Source of the DNA: a virus
Taxonomy: Duplodnaviria; Heunggongvirae; Uroviricota; Caudoviricetes
Virus record (IMG/VR): IMGVR_UViG_3300010356_001624
Location: 1 to 64,000 of that record
Reading direction: 5' to 3' (one strand)
DNA: 64,000 nt
Shown: positions 1 to 8,981 of the stretch, piece after piece
Layout: every line of letters begins with the position of its first letter
Numbering within the stretch: the first letter of the stretch is position 1
Translations under genes and position numbers: made by a program
The notes under the pieces: generated by a model
The model's input: the letters and a program-made list of their open reading frames with translations, nothing else
What the model was told of the DNA's origin: nothing
The model's database searches: none

Positions 1-1271
1 ATGCTGGGGCAGCAAAAGCAGGACAAGAACCTATAAAAGTTGCTGGTTTATTAAGTACAATTAGAAATCAAATTTCAAGTAAAAATAGTTATGTTGATTT
101 ATCGCAATATAAAATGGAAAATTCTTTAGAACCAGAAATGAAATCATTAGAAGACACATCTGATGTTGAATTACAAGAAGCATTGGGTGGTGCAATTTGG
201 GGTGGTCTTAAAACTATTGGTAAAGGTATTACTGACCCAATAAAAGATAAAGCAAAAAAAGTTGGAACTGCAATAAATAAAGGTATTGAAAATGTAAAAC
301 AAGGTGCTGCTGCTCAAAGTAGAAAGCAAGATATTAGAAGGGGAACTAAAAAAAGAAATGCTTATCTTGATAAAGTTCAAGAAAAAGCAAAAGAATTAAT
401 TGAATTAATACAACAAGCAAATGCTGGGGCAGCAAAAGCAGGACAAGAACCTATAAAAGTTGCTGGTTTATTAAGTACAATTAGAAATCAAATTTCAAGT
501 AAAAATAGTTATGTTGATTTATCGCAATATAAAATGGAAAATTCTTCTGAAATGACAAATACTGAAGTATTACCAGATGTTGATAATAAAATATCAGAAT
601 CGGAAAAAAAATTAAGAAATTATATTAGAAAAAGATTAGAAGAAATTTCTGGGTTAAGAAAAGTTAGTATAAATGAATCTAAAAAATCATCAAAATTGAA
701 AAAATTAGATAAACTAATTGAAAGTCAATATAATTTCTACAAAAAAAAAATAACTGTCGATAATAAAATATCGGAATCGGAAAAATTTTTAAGAAATTAT
801 ATTAGGAAAAGATTGGAAGAAATTTCTGGTTTAAGAAAAGTTAATATTAACGAATCAAAAAAATCATCAAAATTAAAAAAATTAGATAAACTAATTGAAA
901 GTCAATATAATTTATATTTAGATTTAAAAAAAAAGAATATAGAGGAAAATTATAATATTGATGAAATTTTTGGTAAATCAAAAAAAGAAATTTTTTATAA
1001 ATTAGACCCAAACGATGAAAATGCTATTTTAGATTTCTTTAAAAAAGTTTTTTCAGAAGAATTTAATACACCATATAGTGGTGCATTTAAAAATGCTTTA
1101 AATTTGACACCAAGGGAAAAAAGATATAATATTTTAAAACAATATTTTGATAATAATCAAAAAGGAACTATTGCAAGAAATAATCAAACAGGTGAATTAG
1201 TTTATACTTTAAAATCACCACTTATTAAAGGAAATAGTTTAAGCGGTAAAGGATTTAATGCTGGTTATTAA
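1..1271 (+). CDS. Lys-rich tandem-repeat protein, 5'-truncated at the window edge (reading frame open from nt 3; track ORF 114-1271)
   Basis: nt 1-126 are identical to nt 421-546, giving an in-frame 420-bp/140-aa repeat. A second imperfect ~174-nt/58-aa tandem repeat is visible (VDNKISESEK[K/F]LRNYIRKRLEEISGLRKV...). No stop codon occurs between nt 3 and 1271. Confidence 0.6.
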   Translation, partial: AGAAKAGQEPIKVAGLLSTIRNQISSKNSYVDLSQYKMENSLEPEMKSLEDTSDVELQEALGGAIWGGLKTIGKGITDPIKDKAKKVGTAINKGIENVKQGAAAQSRKQDIRRGTKKRNAYLDKVQEKAKELIELIQQANAGAAKAGQEPIKVAGLLSTIRNQISSKNSYVDLSQYKMENSSEMTNTEVLPDVDNKISESEKKLRNYIRKRLEEISGLRKVSINESKKSSKLKKLDKLIESQYNFYKKKITVDNKISESEKFLRNYIRKRLEEISGLRKVNINESKKSSKLKKLDKLIESQYNLYLDLKKKNIEENYNIDEIFGKSKKEIFYKLDPNDENAILDFFKKVFSEEFNTPYSGAFKNALNLTPREKRYNILKQYFDNNQKGTIARNNQTGELVYTLKSPLIKGNSLSGKGFNAGY

Positions 1272-1292
1272 AAAAATAGAAATTCTTGTTTA

Positions 1293-1322
1293 TTTAAACC
1301 CGAAATTTTTCGGGTTTTTTTT
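1293..1322 (+). terminator. Rho-independent terminator: stem cccgaaa/tttcggg followed by a T9 run
   Basis: GC-containing hairpin followed by a poly-T run, immediately after the stop codon at 1271. Confidence 0.6.
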
Positions 1323-1349
1323 TGTAACAATAATTTCAATTTTTCGTAT

Positions 1350-1745
1350 ATGAAAATAAAAATTATGTTTAAATTACATAGAACATATATCAATGGTTCG
1401 AAAAAAAATGAAATGAAGGAATTCAAAAGAATTTTTGGTGAAAACAATGAAGATATTGATTGGGTTGAATATTTAAAATTATTCAGAATATTTATGGAAG
1501 ATAATACTCTTGTATGTGAATCAAGAGCAATATTTACAAAAATAATAACCCATTTTATTTTTTATTTTTTTCTACTATTTAATTATTTTTTTAATTTTTA
1601 TTTAAATTTGTTTATTTTTGTAATATATTTAATTTCTTGGTATTTAAAAAGAAAAACAGAAATAAAATTATCAAGAATATTAATAGCAAATGATTTGGCA
1701 TTATCAACCATAATATATCATGTAAATAAAATATATAATTTTTAA
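1350..1745 (+). CDS. hypothetical protein with a hydrophobic C-terminal segment
   Basis: ORF from the track; only a hydrophobic F/I/L-rich stretch, no recognisable motif. Confidence 0.3.
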   Translation: MKIKIMFKLHRTYINGSKKNEMKEFKRIFGENNEDIDWVEYLKLFRIFMEDNTLVCESRAIFTKIITHFIFYFFLLFNYFFNFYLNLFIFVIYLISWYLKRKTEIKLSRILIANDLALSTIIYHVNKIYNF

Positions 1746-1790
1746 TGAAAATGGAAATTTGTGATAAAAATTTTTTGGTGATATTATTAT

Positions 1791-2024
1791 ATGACATTAA
1801 AGAAAAAAATTGTAAATATAAGAACATACTATTTTAATAAAATTGTTAAAATAAAGGAAGAAGAAAAAAAATTACAAGATTCTGGTGGTTGGAAAAGAAA
1901 TGTAAATCCTCAAAAGGGTTATATTAATTGGTGGGAAAATATTTGTAAGTTTTATTCTCGTAGTAGAATGAAACAAATTTGGAAAAATGAAATTAAAAAT
2001 GAATTACTTGATTGCGAGTTATAA
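1791..2024 (+). CDS. hypothetical small protein
   Basis: ORF only. Confidence 0.3.
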   Translation: MTLKKKIVNIRTYYFNKIVKIKEEEKKLQDSGGWKRNVNPQKGYINWWENICKFYSRSRMKQIWKNEIKNELLDCEL

Positions 2025-2076
2025 TTTTATAATTGCATAAAAACAATAAACAGTTAAATAATAAATAATATATTAT

Positions 2077-2295
2077 ATGTTGAAAAATAATAGTATCGTT
2101 TATATACCATTTGAATTTAAAATTGCTGAAACTATGGTAAATAGTGAAACAGTATGGTATGCTAATAAATGGAAAAATTTATTTTTAAAAATAAAGCATT
2201 TTTTCTTTAAACCTAAATGTTATAATAATTCAAATATTTATAAAAAAAGAATTAATTTTTCCTATTATAAACCAATAAATTCATTAAACAATTAA
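2077..2295 (+). CDS. hypothetical small protein
   Basis: ORF only. Confidence 0.3.
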   Translation: MLKNNSIVYIPFEFKIAETMVNSETVWYANKWKNLFLKIKHFFFKPKCYNNSNIYKKRINFSYYKPINSLNN

Positions 2296-2301
2296 AAAGA
2301 T

Positions 2302-2502
2302 ATGAAAAAAATATATAAAAAAATAAAAGAAACTTCAGAATTTTCAAAAGGATTAATAACATATTCATATAAAGATGATAAGGGAATAATATATCCACTT
2401 AATTATATTACTGTTGATTTTAGAAATAATAAAGAAAATATAAAAAAAATGAATGAAATAAAAAAACAACATGGTGATTTTTTTTTTATTTTTCAACAAT
2501 AG
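2302..2502 (+). CDS. hypothetical small protein
   Basis: ORF only. Confidence 0.3.
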   Translation: MKKIYKKIKETSEFSKGLITYSYKDDKGIIYPLNYITVDFRNNKENIKKMNEIKKQHGDFFFIFQQ

Positions 2503-2555
2503 TGATGAAGGAATAAATTTCTGGAAAAATAATCCTATTACAATAATAATACCAA

Positions 2556-3038
2556 ATGAAAAACGATGAAAATAAATTAAAGTTAATATATGTTCTTAAA
2601 ATAGGGTATAATACAAAGGGTGAGGGATTATATGAATTTATTTTTTCCAATAATCCAACAAATATTGATGTTGAAGGTTGGTGTTGGGATTTAAGTCCTG
2701 CTGTTGATAATGCAACACCACCAACAGAAGAATATATTGATGCTGTTTTTAATTTAAAAACAAAATCATTTGATTTGATTTGTTTACATGAAGCGGTAGA
2801 TAGACCATATATGCATGGTTATCATACAATACATGCATTAGCATACGAAAATGAAAACCCACCAGATAATTTAGATGGATTTTCTGATTATGATAAAATG
2901 TTTTCAGATGAAGATGATATTCCATTATTAGTCTTTCATTATGGAATGTCTTTATATAAAATAAAAGAATTATTAAATTCGAGAAAAATAATTTTAAAAA
3001 ACAATGAATTTGTTGAAGTATCTTCAATTGATATATAA
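2556..3038 (+). CDS. hypothetical protein directly upstream of the large terminase; not recognisably a small terminase
   Basis: 160-aa ORF with an acidic C-terminus. Confidence 0.4.
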   Translation: MKNDENKLKLIYVLKIGYNTKGEGLYEFIFSNNPTNIDVEGWCWDLSPAVDNATPPTEEYIDAVFNLKTKSFDLICLHEAVDRPYMHGYHTIHALAYENENPPDNLDGFSDYDKMFSDEDDIPLLVFHYGMSLYKIKELLNSRKIILKNNEFVEVSSIDI

Positions 3039-3103
3039 AACAAACAATTGAAATACGTTTCAATCTTTTTTATTCATAAAAGTATTTATAATAAACTGAT
3101 TTT

Positions 3104-5122
3104 ATGAATAATAAAGAAGACAATATAAATTATCCAGAACATGAACCACAAATACCATTTAATTATCAACTTGAACAGAGTAAGTTAGATGCAAGAAGAT
3201 TGGCATCTGAATTAAGAAAAAAATCAAGCAAATATATTCCTGTTATAACTACAAAAGAAGGAAAAGTAAAAACGGTAAACGATTTAACTTTTTCAGAACA
3301 AGAAGATGAAATTATTCGTTGTGCTTTAAATCCAATTTATTTTATAGAAAAATATTTAACAATATTTGACCAAACAAAAAATGATGGTAATGGTGAAATA
3401 ATACCATTTAAATTATTTGACTTTCAAAAAGATTTAATTGAAATATATTTACAAAATAAATTTGTTATTGCAAATAAATATCGTCAGGCTGGTGTATCAA
3501 CAACAACTTGTGCATACATTGCATGGTATATTATGTTTAATGAAAATAGACAAGTTGCTATTGTTGCTGATAAATTAGAAACAGCAAAGGATGAATTAAT
3601 GTCAGATGTTGTTAATTTTATTGAGGATTGTCCTGATTGGTTGAAACCTAAAACTGGAAGACAAACAGAAAAAAATCTAAAAGACACACAAAAATTAAAA
3701 TTATATGATAATGGTTCTCGATTAGGTGCTTTTAGTTCAAAAGGACTTCGTGGAATGACACCAACTTTAATTTTTTGGGATGAAACGGCATGGACAGAAA
3801 AGGGTGATATTTTTTGGACATCGGCTAGACCAACACTTCAAACAGGTGGTGCTGCTATTATGGTTAGTACACCATTTGGATTGGATGCTGTATTTTATAA
3901 AACTTTTATGGGTGCTAGAAGAAACGAAAATAATTTTAAAGCAGTTGAATTGTGGTGGTTTAATGACCCAAGATATAATAAAGATTTAATGTGGATAAAA
4001 AATAAAGGAAAAGAAAATGAAAAACAATTAATTGATGAAAATTGGGATAATAAGAAAAGAATTATGATGATGGATGATGGTTGGGAAGCAACTTCTCCTT
4101 GGTTTGAAGAACAAATTCGTGATGCTAATGGTGATATGAAAAAAATAGCACAAGAATTAATGTGTTCATTTCTTGGGTCAGGTGATAATTTCATTGCAGA
4201 AGAATATTTAAAAAGAATTGAAGAAAATGAAATTAAACCACCAATTAGACAGGAATATACTGATTTAAATATGTGGATTTGGGAAGACCCAATAATTGGT
4301 GAAGATTATCTTATTGGTATTGATACATCATCTGGTCATGGTGATGATTATTCAACAATAAACATATTAAAAAAACAAGAAATTATTGAAGAAAAGATTA
4401 TTACAAAAAACAATAAACCACAAAAAATAAAAATTAAAAAAAATAAACTTGTTCAAGTTGCTGAATATTATGGAAAAGTAAAACCACAAACATTAGCAGA
4501 AATTGCTTATCAGTATGCAAAAAGATATAATGATGGATATTGTGTTATTGATATTACTGGTGGTCTTGGTGTACAAGTTGTTGAAAAATTACTTGAATTT
4601 GGATATGAAAATATTCATTATTCAGAAATAACACATAAACCATCACGTGATAGATTACAAGGATATATTAAATCAGCACAAAAAACATTATTTGATGGTA
4701 GAATTGTAAATATAGATTTAATACCAGGTTTTTTTATTGGAAATAATAGAGGTTCTGTTTTACTTGAATTACAAAGAGCAATTCATCTTGGCGATATAAA
4801 AATACAATCAATTAGATTATTAAGTGAATTAAAAACATTTATCACCGTTGCGGGTAATCGAGTTGCTGACCATAAAAGGACTTTTCATGATGATAGTATA
4901 ATGGGATTAGCCATTGGATTATATGTATTAAATTTTGAAATGATTTTATTTAAACAAAATAATTATAATCCAGAAAAAATGATTAATGCAATACTAACCA
5001 GTAATGATGTAAATGAAGAATTAATGAAAAATAAATATAAAAATAGAATATCTCCCAATAATCCGTCTTCACTAAATCCTTATTTGGTACATTCTTGGTT
5101 ATTTACCGATTTAAAAAAATAA
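3104..5122 (+). CDS. terminase large subunit (T4 gp17-like)
   Basis: Aligns by eye to T4 gp17: KYRQAGVSTTT...VAIVADK against SRQLGKTT...VGILAHK, LYDNGSRLGAFSS...RGMT...DETAW against LDNGSSIGAYASS...RG...IEDCAF, GIDTSSGHGDDYS against LDCSEGRGQDYH, and HDDSIMGLAI against HDDLVMSLVI. Confidence 0.93.
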   Translation: MNNKEDNINYPEHEPQIPFNYQLEQSKLDARRLASELRKKSSKYIPVITTKEGKVKTVNDLTFSEQEDEIIRCALNPIYFIEKYLTIFDQTKNDGNGEIIPFKLFDFQKDLIEIYLQNKFVIANKYRQAGVSTTTCAYIAWYIMFNENRQVAIVADKLETAKDELMSDVVNFIEDCPDWLKPKTGRQTEKNLKDTQKLKLYDNGSRLGAFSSKGLRGMTPTLIFWDETAWTEKGDIFWTSARPTLQTGGAAIMVSTPFGLDAVFYKTFMGARRNENNFKAVELWWFNDPRYNKDLMWIKNKGKENEKQLIDENWDNKKRIMMMDDGWEATSPWFEEQIRDANGDMKKIAQELMCSFLGSGDNFIAEEYLKRIEENEIKPPIRQEYTDLNMWIWEDPIIGEDYLIGIDTSSGHGDDYSTINILKKQEIIEEKIITKNNKPQKIKIKKNKLVQVAEYYGKVKPQTLAEIAYQYAKRYNDGYCVIDITGGLGVQVVEKLLEFGYENIHYSEITHKPSRDRLQGYIKSAQKTLFDGRIVNIDLIPGFFIGNNRGSVLLELQRAIHLGDIKIQSIRLLSELKTFITVAGNRVADHKRTFHDDSIMGLAIGLYVLNFEMILFKQNNYNPEKMINAILTSNDVNEELMKNKYKNRISPNNPSSLNPYLVHSWLFTDLKK

Positions 5123-5202
5123 TACTATTTATTAATGTTATTTAATGTTTTTTCATTATTTAAAAGTATTTATAAAAAATTATAATTAATTATAAAATAT
5201 TT

Positions 5203-7209
5203 ATGGATTCAAAAAAAGAAAGGGGTACTATATATCAACAATTAAACAAGTTGTTTAATTTTGATGGTTTTGGTTTTGATAATACTGAAATATCTAACTC
5301 TGATAAAAATCCCAAAATAATAATTAAAGGGGCTTCACCTACAGATGTTCATAGAAAAGGACTTGAAATTGCACAAAAAAAAGAACTACAAAATAAATTT
5401 TTTAGAACAACTGAAAGGGGATTTCAAAAAGCATTACAATATGAAGCAGCAAGACTTCCAGCATATTTAGATTATGAAGGTATGGAATATTATCCAATAA
5501 TTTCAAGTGCATTGGATTTATTCATGGAAGAAGCAACAACAATTGGTATAAACGGAAAAATGTTAAACATATATTCAAATAAAGAAAGAATAAAGTTAAT
5601 ATTAGATGAATTTTTTTATGATATTGTAAATGTTAATGTAAACTTGCCATTTTGGGTTAGAAATTTAGTTAAATATGGTGATAATTTTGTTTTACTATAT
5701 GGTGAACGTAAACATGGTATTTCACATATAAAACAATTAGTTAATTATGACATTGAACGATTTGATAGAATACAAAACAATAAACCAATTGTTAAATTTA
5801 AAGAAAGAACAACTGGTGATGAATTTAATATTTTTGAAATTGCACACTTTAGATTATTAGGTGACGATAAGTATTTGCCTTATGGTTCTTCTGTTCTTAA
5901 TAAAGTACGTAGGGTTTTCAGACAATTAGTTATGGCTGAAGATGCAATGTTAACTTATCGTATAATTAGAGCAGGTGAAAAAAAGGTGTTTAAAATTGAT
6001 GTTGGTAATATGGATGATAATGATGTTGAGGATTATATGTATAAAGTTGCCACTAAATTTAAAAAAATGACACGTGTAAATCCAAATGATGGACAAATTG
6101 ATTATAGTTTTAATATACTTGGAAATGATGAAGACTATTTTTTACCTGTAAGAAATTCTAATGTTCAAACAGGTATTGAAACCCTACCAGGAGCATCTAA
6201 TCTTGACCAAATTCAAGATATTGAATATTTAAGAGATAATTTATTTGTGGGATTGGGGATTCCAAAACCATTTTTATCATTTCAAGATGCTGCGGGTGCT
6301 GGTAAAAATATGGCACAATATGATATTAGATTTGCAAAAAAAATAAATAGAATTCAACAGGCAATAATTCAAGAATTAAATAAAATGGCAATTATCCATT
6401 TATATTTAATGGGTTATAGTGGTGATGATTTAAATTCTTTCACTCTAACATTAACAAATCCAAGTACACAACAAGAATTATTAAAATCAGAATTATTACG
6501 TGATAAAGCACAAACATATAGCGAATTAACAAGAGGTGAAAATGGTATTGCTGCAATGTCGCATACAAACGCAAAAAGAAAAATATGGAATATGAGTGAT
6601 AGTGAAATTGTTGAAGACCTTAAACAACAAAAATTAGAAAGAGTTATTATGCAAGAATTACAAGACGCATCTGTTTTAATTAAAAAAACTGGTCTTTTTG
6701 CAGATATTGATAAAAAATTTGGTGAACCTATGGATAATTTACCACCAACATCTAGTAACACTGAAAATATGTCAATGGGTGGAAATGATATGAGTGGAAT
6801 GGACATGGGTGGTGGTAATATGGGTGGAATGGACATGGGTGGTGGTAATATGGGTGGAATGGACATGGGTGGTGGTAATATGGGTGGAATGGACATGGGT
6901 GGTGGTAATATGCCAATGGGTGGAAATGATATGGGTGGAATGAATATGATGGAAAACAAATATGATAAAAACCTATTTGAAAAATATGTAAATAATTTAG
7001 TTTATGGTGATGAAAAAAACGAAAAAAATAATAATATAAAGAAAAAAATTATCGCCGAAAACACAAAATTAAACAATAATTTAAATTTAAAAGCAAAAAA
7101 TATGATTGAAGAAATTAATGTTTTTTTAGATAAACAAGAAGAAATTATTGATAATAATGATGATGATATTTTAAATGTAAATATTGATAATATTGAATTA
7201 TTAGAATAA
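5203..7209 (+). CDS. portal protein (gp20-like) with a C-terminal Gly/Met-rich decapeptide repeat
   Basis: 668-aa ORF immediately downstream of the terminase, the conserved position for a portal. Protein-level similarity to T4 gp20 was not directly verified. C-terminus carries MGGMDMGGGN x4. Confidence 0.75.
   Translation: MDSKKERGTIYQQLNKLFNFDGFGFDNTEISNSDKNPKIIIKGASPTDVHRKGLEIAQKKELQNKFFRTTERGFQKALQYEAARLPAYLDYEGMEYYPIISSALDLFMEEATTIGINGKMLNIYSNKERIKLILDEFFYDIVNVNVNLPFWVRNLVKYGDNFVLLYGERKHGISHIKQLVNYDIERFDRIQNNKPIVKFKERTTGDEFNIFEIAHFRLLGDDKYLPYGSSVLNKVRRVFRQLVMAEDAMLTYRIIRAGEKKVFKIDVGNMDDNDVEDYMYKVATKFKKMTRVNPNDGQIDYSFNILGNDEDYFLPVRNSNVQTGIETLPGASNLDQIQDIEYLRDNLFVGLGIPKPFLSFQDAAGAGKNMAQYDIRFAKKINRIQQAIIQELNKMAIIHLYLMGYSGDDLNSFTLTLTNPSTQQELLKSELLRDKAQTYSELTRGENGIAAMSHTNAKRKIWNMSDSEIVEDLKQQKLERVIMQELQDASVLIKKTGLFADIDKKFGEPMDNLPPTSSNTENMSMGGNDMSGMDMGGGNMGGMDMGGGNMGGMDMGGGNMGGMDMGGGNMPMGGNDMGGMNMMENKYDKNLFEKYVNNLVYGDEKNEKNNNIKKKIIAENTKLNNNLNLKAKNMIEEINVFLDKQEEIIDNNDDDILNVNIDNIELLE
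6781..6955 (+). repeat. 30-bp in-frame tandem repeat (atgggtggaatggacatgggtggtggtaat, about 4.5 copies)
   Basis: Near-perfect repeats seen directly in the sequence, coding (MGGMDMGGGN)n. Confidence 0.85.
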
Positions 7210-7291
7210 AAAAATAAGATTTCGTTGATTAAAAACATGAATATAATCAAATTATTTAATTAAATAACTATTTATATTAAACATTTTAATA

Positions 7292-8074
7292 ATGAAAAAT
7301 TTTAACATTGGTATTTCAAATTCAATTATTGTTAATAAAATAAATCAAATTAACGAAAACGAAAACATTGAATTAAAAAGAATAATTTCGGAATACATTG
7401 AAATAATAAAAAATTCACCAATTCTTACATTAGAATTTAAAATATATAATAATATTGAAAATAAATATATTGATAATGATGTATTGGCAAATCGTTATAT
7501 TGATAATAATATTAAGTTATTTGAAATATATACAATAGATGAAATTTTAAATGAAAGGAAAAAAATAGTTAAATTTTTAAACAATAATAATATATTAACC
7601 GAAGGAAAAATTAAGAAGATAAAATTATATGAATCAATTAATAATTTAATTATAAATTCAATTTGTGATTATTCTGAAATTGATGTGGATTTAATTCATG
7701 AATCATTGATTACAGTTTTAAATCATTTAAAAAGACCTAAAATAGTAAATGAAACAATTAAATTAAAATTAAATAATGACATTGTTGAAATCGCAGTTAA
7801 ATTATTTAATAAAAAATATAATTTGTTAGAAAATGATGATAAAAAACTAATAAAAAAATTAATTAATTATTCATATGAAGATAAAATAAATCTTTTTAAT
7901 GATATAAAAACAAACGCATTAAATGAATTAAAAAATCATAGAAGTGAAATTTTAAACGAACGTATTGATAAAGCAATTAAGAAAATTAATGATATGAACA
8001 ATACAACAAATAATATTAATGATAATATTATTACTCTTTATGAACTTAAAAAGAATTTAGTTATCACCATATAA
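7292..8074 (+). CDS. hypothetical Asn/Ile/Lys-rich protein
   Basis: ORF only; lies between portal and protease, where T4 has the prohead core genes gp67/68. Confidence 0.4.
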   Translation: MKNFNIGISNSIIVNKINQINENENIELKRIISEYIEIIKNSPILTLEFKIYNNIENKYIDNDVLANRYIDNNIKLFEIYTIDEILNERKKIVKFLNNNNILTEGKIKKIKLYESINNLIINSICDYSEIDVDLIHESLITVLNHLKRPKIVNETIKLKLNNDIVEIAVKLFNKKYNLLENDDKKLIKKLINYSYEDKINLFNDIKTNALNELKNHRSEILNERIDKAIKKINDMNNTTNNINDNIITLYELKKNLVITI

Positions 8075-8980
8075 TAAAAAAGATTCATCTTCTTGTGCTT
8101 TAATTAAATCAAAATTATCAATATCACAATTAATATTGTGTGGTGGTTTATTATAATCAAAACAACCAATAAATTTTGTTTTTTCTATTGTATAATTAAC
8201 TTGTTTTGGATTTCCTAAATAATTAAATATTTTATAAACATAATCAATTCCTTCTTTTGGATATTCTACACCTTTTAGTTTTATTGTATTATTTATTGTA
8301 TTCGTATAACTTATATTATTTTTAGGTATTAAATTATGACCTCTGTTATATTCATATAAACAAATACTTGCAATATTATTAGATAATGTTGATATATACT
8401 TCATATATACAAATTGTGCTTTTATCATTATTTTAGGATTGTCCATTGCATTTTGATGAATAATTGGTCTATTAATTTTTATTAAATCAGTTTTTTTAAA
8501 CGTATCAATTGATTTAATATCACCAGTACAACCACTAGTAATTAAATCAATTTCGTTTTTATTAAATTTATATTCATTATTATTATTTGAATATCTATTC
8601 ATTACAATAACATCATAAATAGTAGATAATAAAAATTGACTTATTCCTGTTGCTGTACTATTGTAACCATTTCTATTTAATTTTGGATAATTCCATAATG
8701 CAAATTTAGATTCTTGGAATGCTTGTGCTGCTAAAATATTAGCATCTAATTTAAAAACATTACTAAAATAATTATACCAAATAATTAAACAATTACATAA
8801 TTCTTTGTTTGTTTTTATTAAATTTCCATTATCATCCTTTGGTTTTGCTTCCCATGTTTTATTTACTTCAGTAAATGGTAATATACCATTAGTTCCTTTA
8901 AGTAATGAATTATCTCCACTACAGGCATTATCAATGAAAGTTTTTCCACCAATTGTTATTTCTAATTCATTATTGTTCAT
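8057..8980 (-). CDS. SLT-domain lytic transglycosylase-like protein
   Basis: AQAFQESKF...NSTATGISQF matches the E-S ... GLMQ signature of soluble lytic transglycosylase domains. Its start (8978-8980) overlaps the stop (8982-8984) of the upstream 1450-aa gene by one nucleotide. Confidence 0.6.
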   Translation of the reverse strand: MNNNELEITIGGKTFIDNACSGDNSLLKGTNGILPFTEVNKTWEAKPKDDNGNLIKTNKELCNCLIIWYNYFSNVFKLDANILAAQAFQESKFALWNYPKLNRNGYNSTATGISQFLLSTIYDVIVMNRYSNNNNEYKFNKNEIDLITSGCTGDIKSIDTFKKTDLIKINRPIIHQNAMDNPKIMIKAQFVYMKYISTLSNNIASICLYEYNRGHNLIPKNNISYTNTINNTIKLKGVEYPKEGIDYVYKIFNYLGNPKQVNYTIEKTKFIGCFDYNKPPHNINCDIDNFDLIKAQEDESFLLYGDN

Positions 8981-8981
8981 A

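Noticed and set aside
1-546. Perfect 126-bp direct repeat considered as an IS end or terminal repeat
   Set aside because: Both copies lie in one continuous reading frame with protein-level periodicity, so this is an internal gene duplication and not a mobile-element boundary.
6781-6955. Short tandem repeats that could be mistaken for a CRISPR array; similar repeats occur at 15400-15480 and 15590-15700
   Set aside because: The repeats are contiguous with no spacers. They are in-frame inside long ORFs and encode peptide repeats in the portal and scaffold proteins.
6414-6959. Antisense or overlapping ORFs inside large genes (171-380 -, 3484-3687 -, 3895-4194 -, 6414-6959 -, 14974-15276 -, 52512-52916 -, 28442-28753 +, and others)
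   Set aside because: They are low-complexity mirror translations of repeat or AT-rich coding sequence on the opposite strand of well-supported genes, with no motifs or independent signals.
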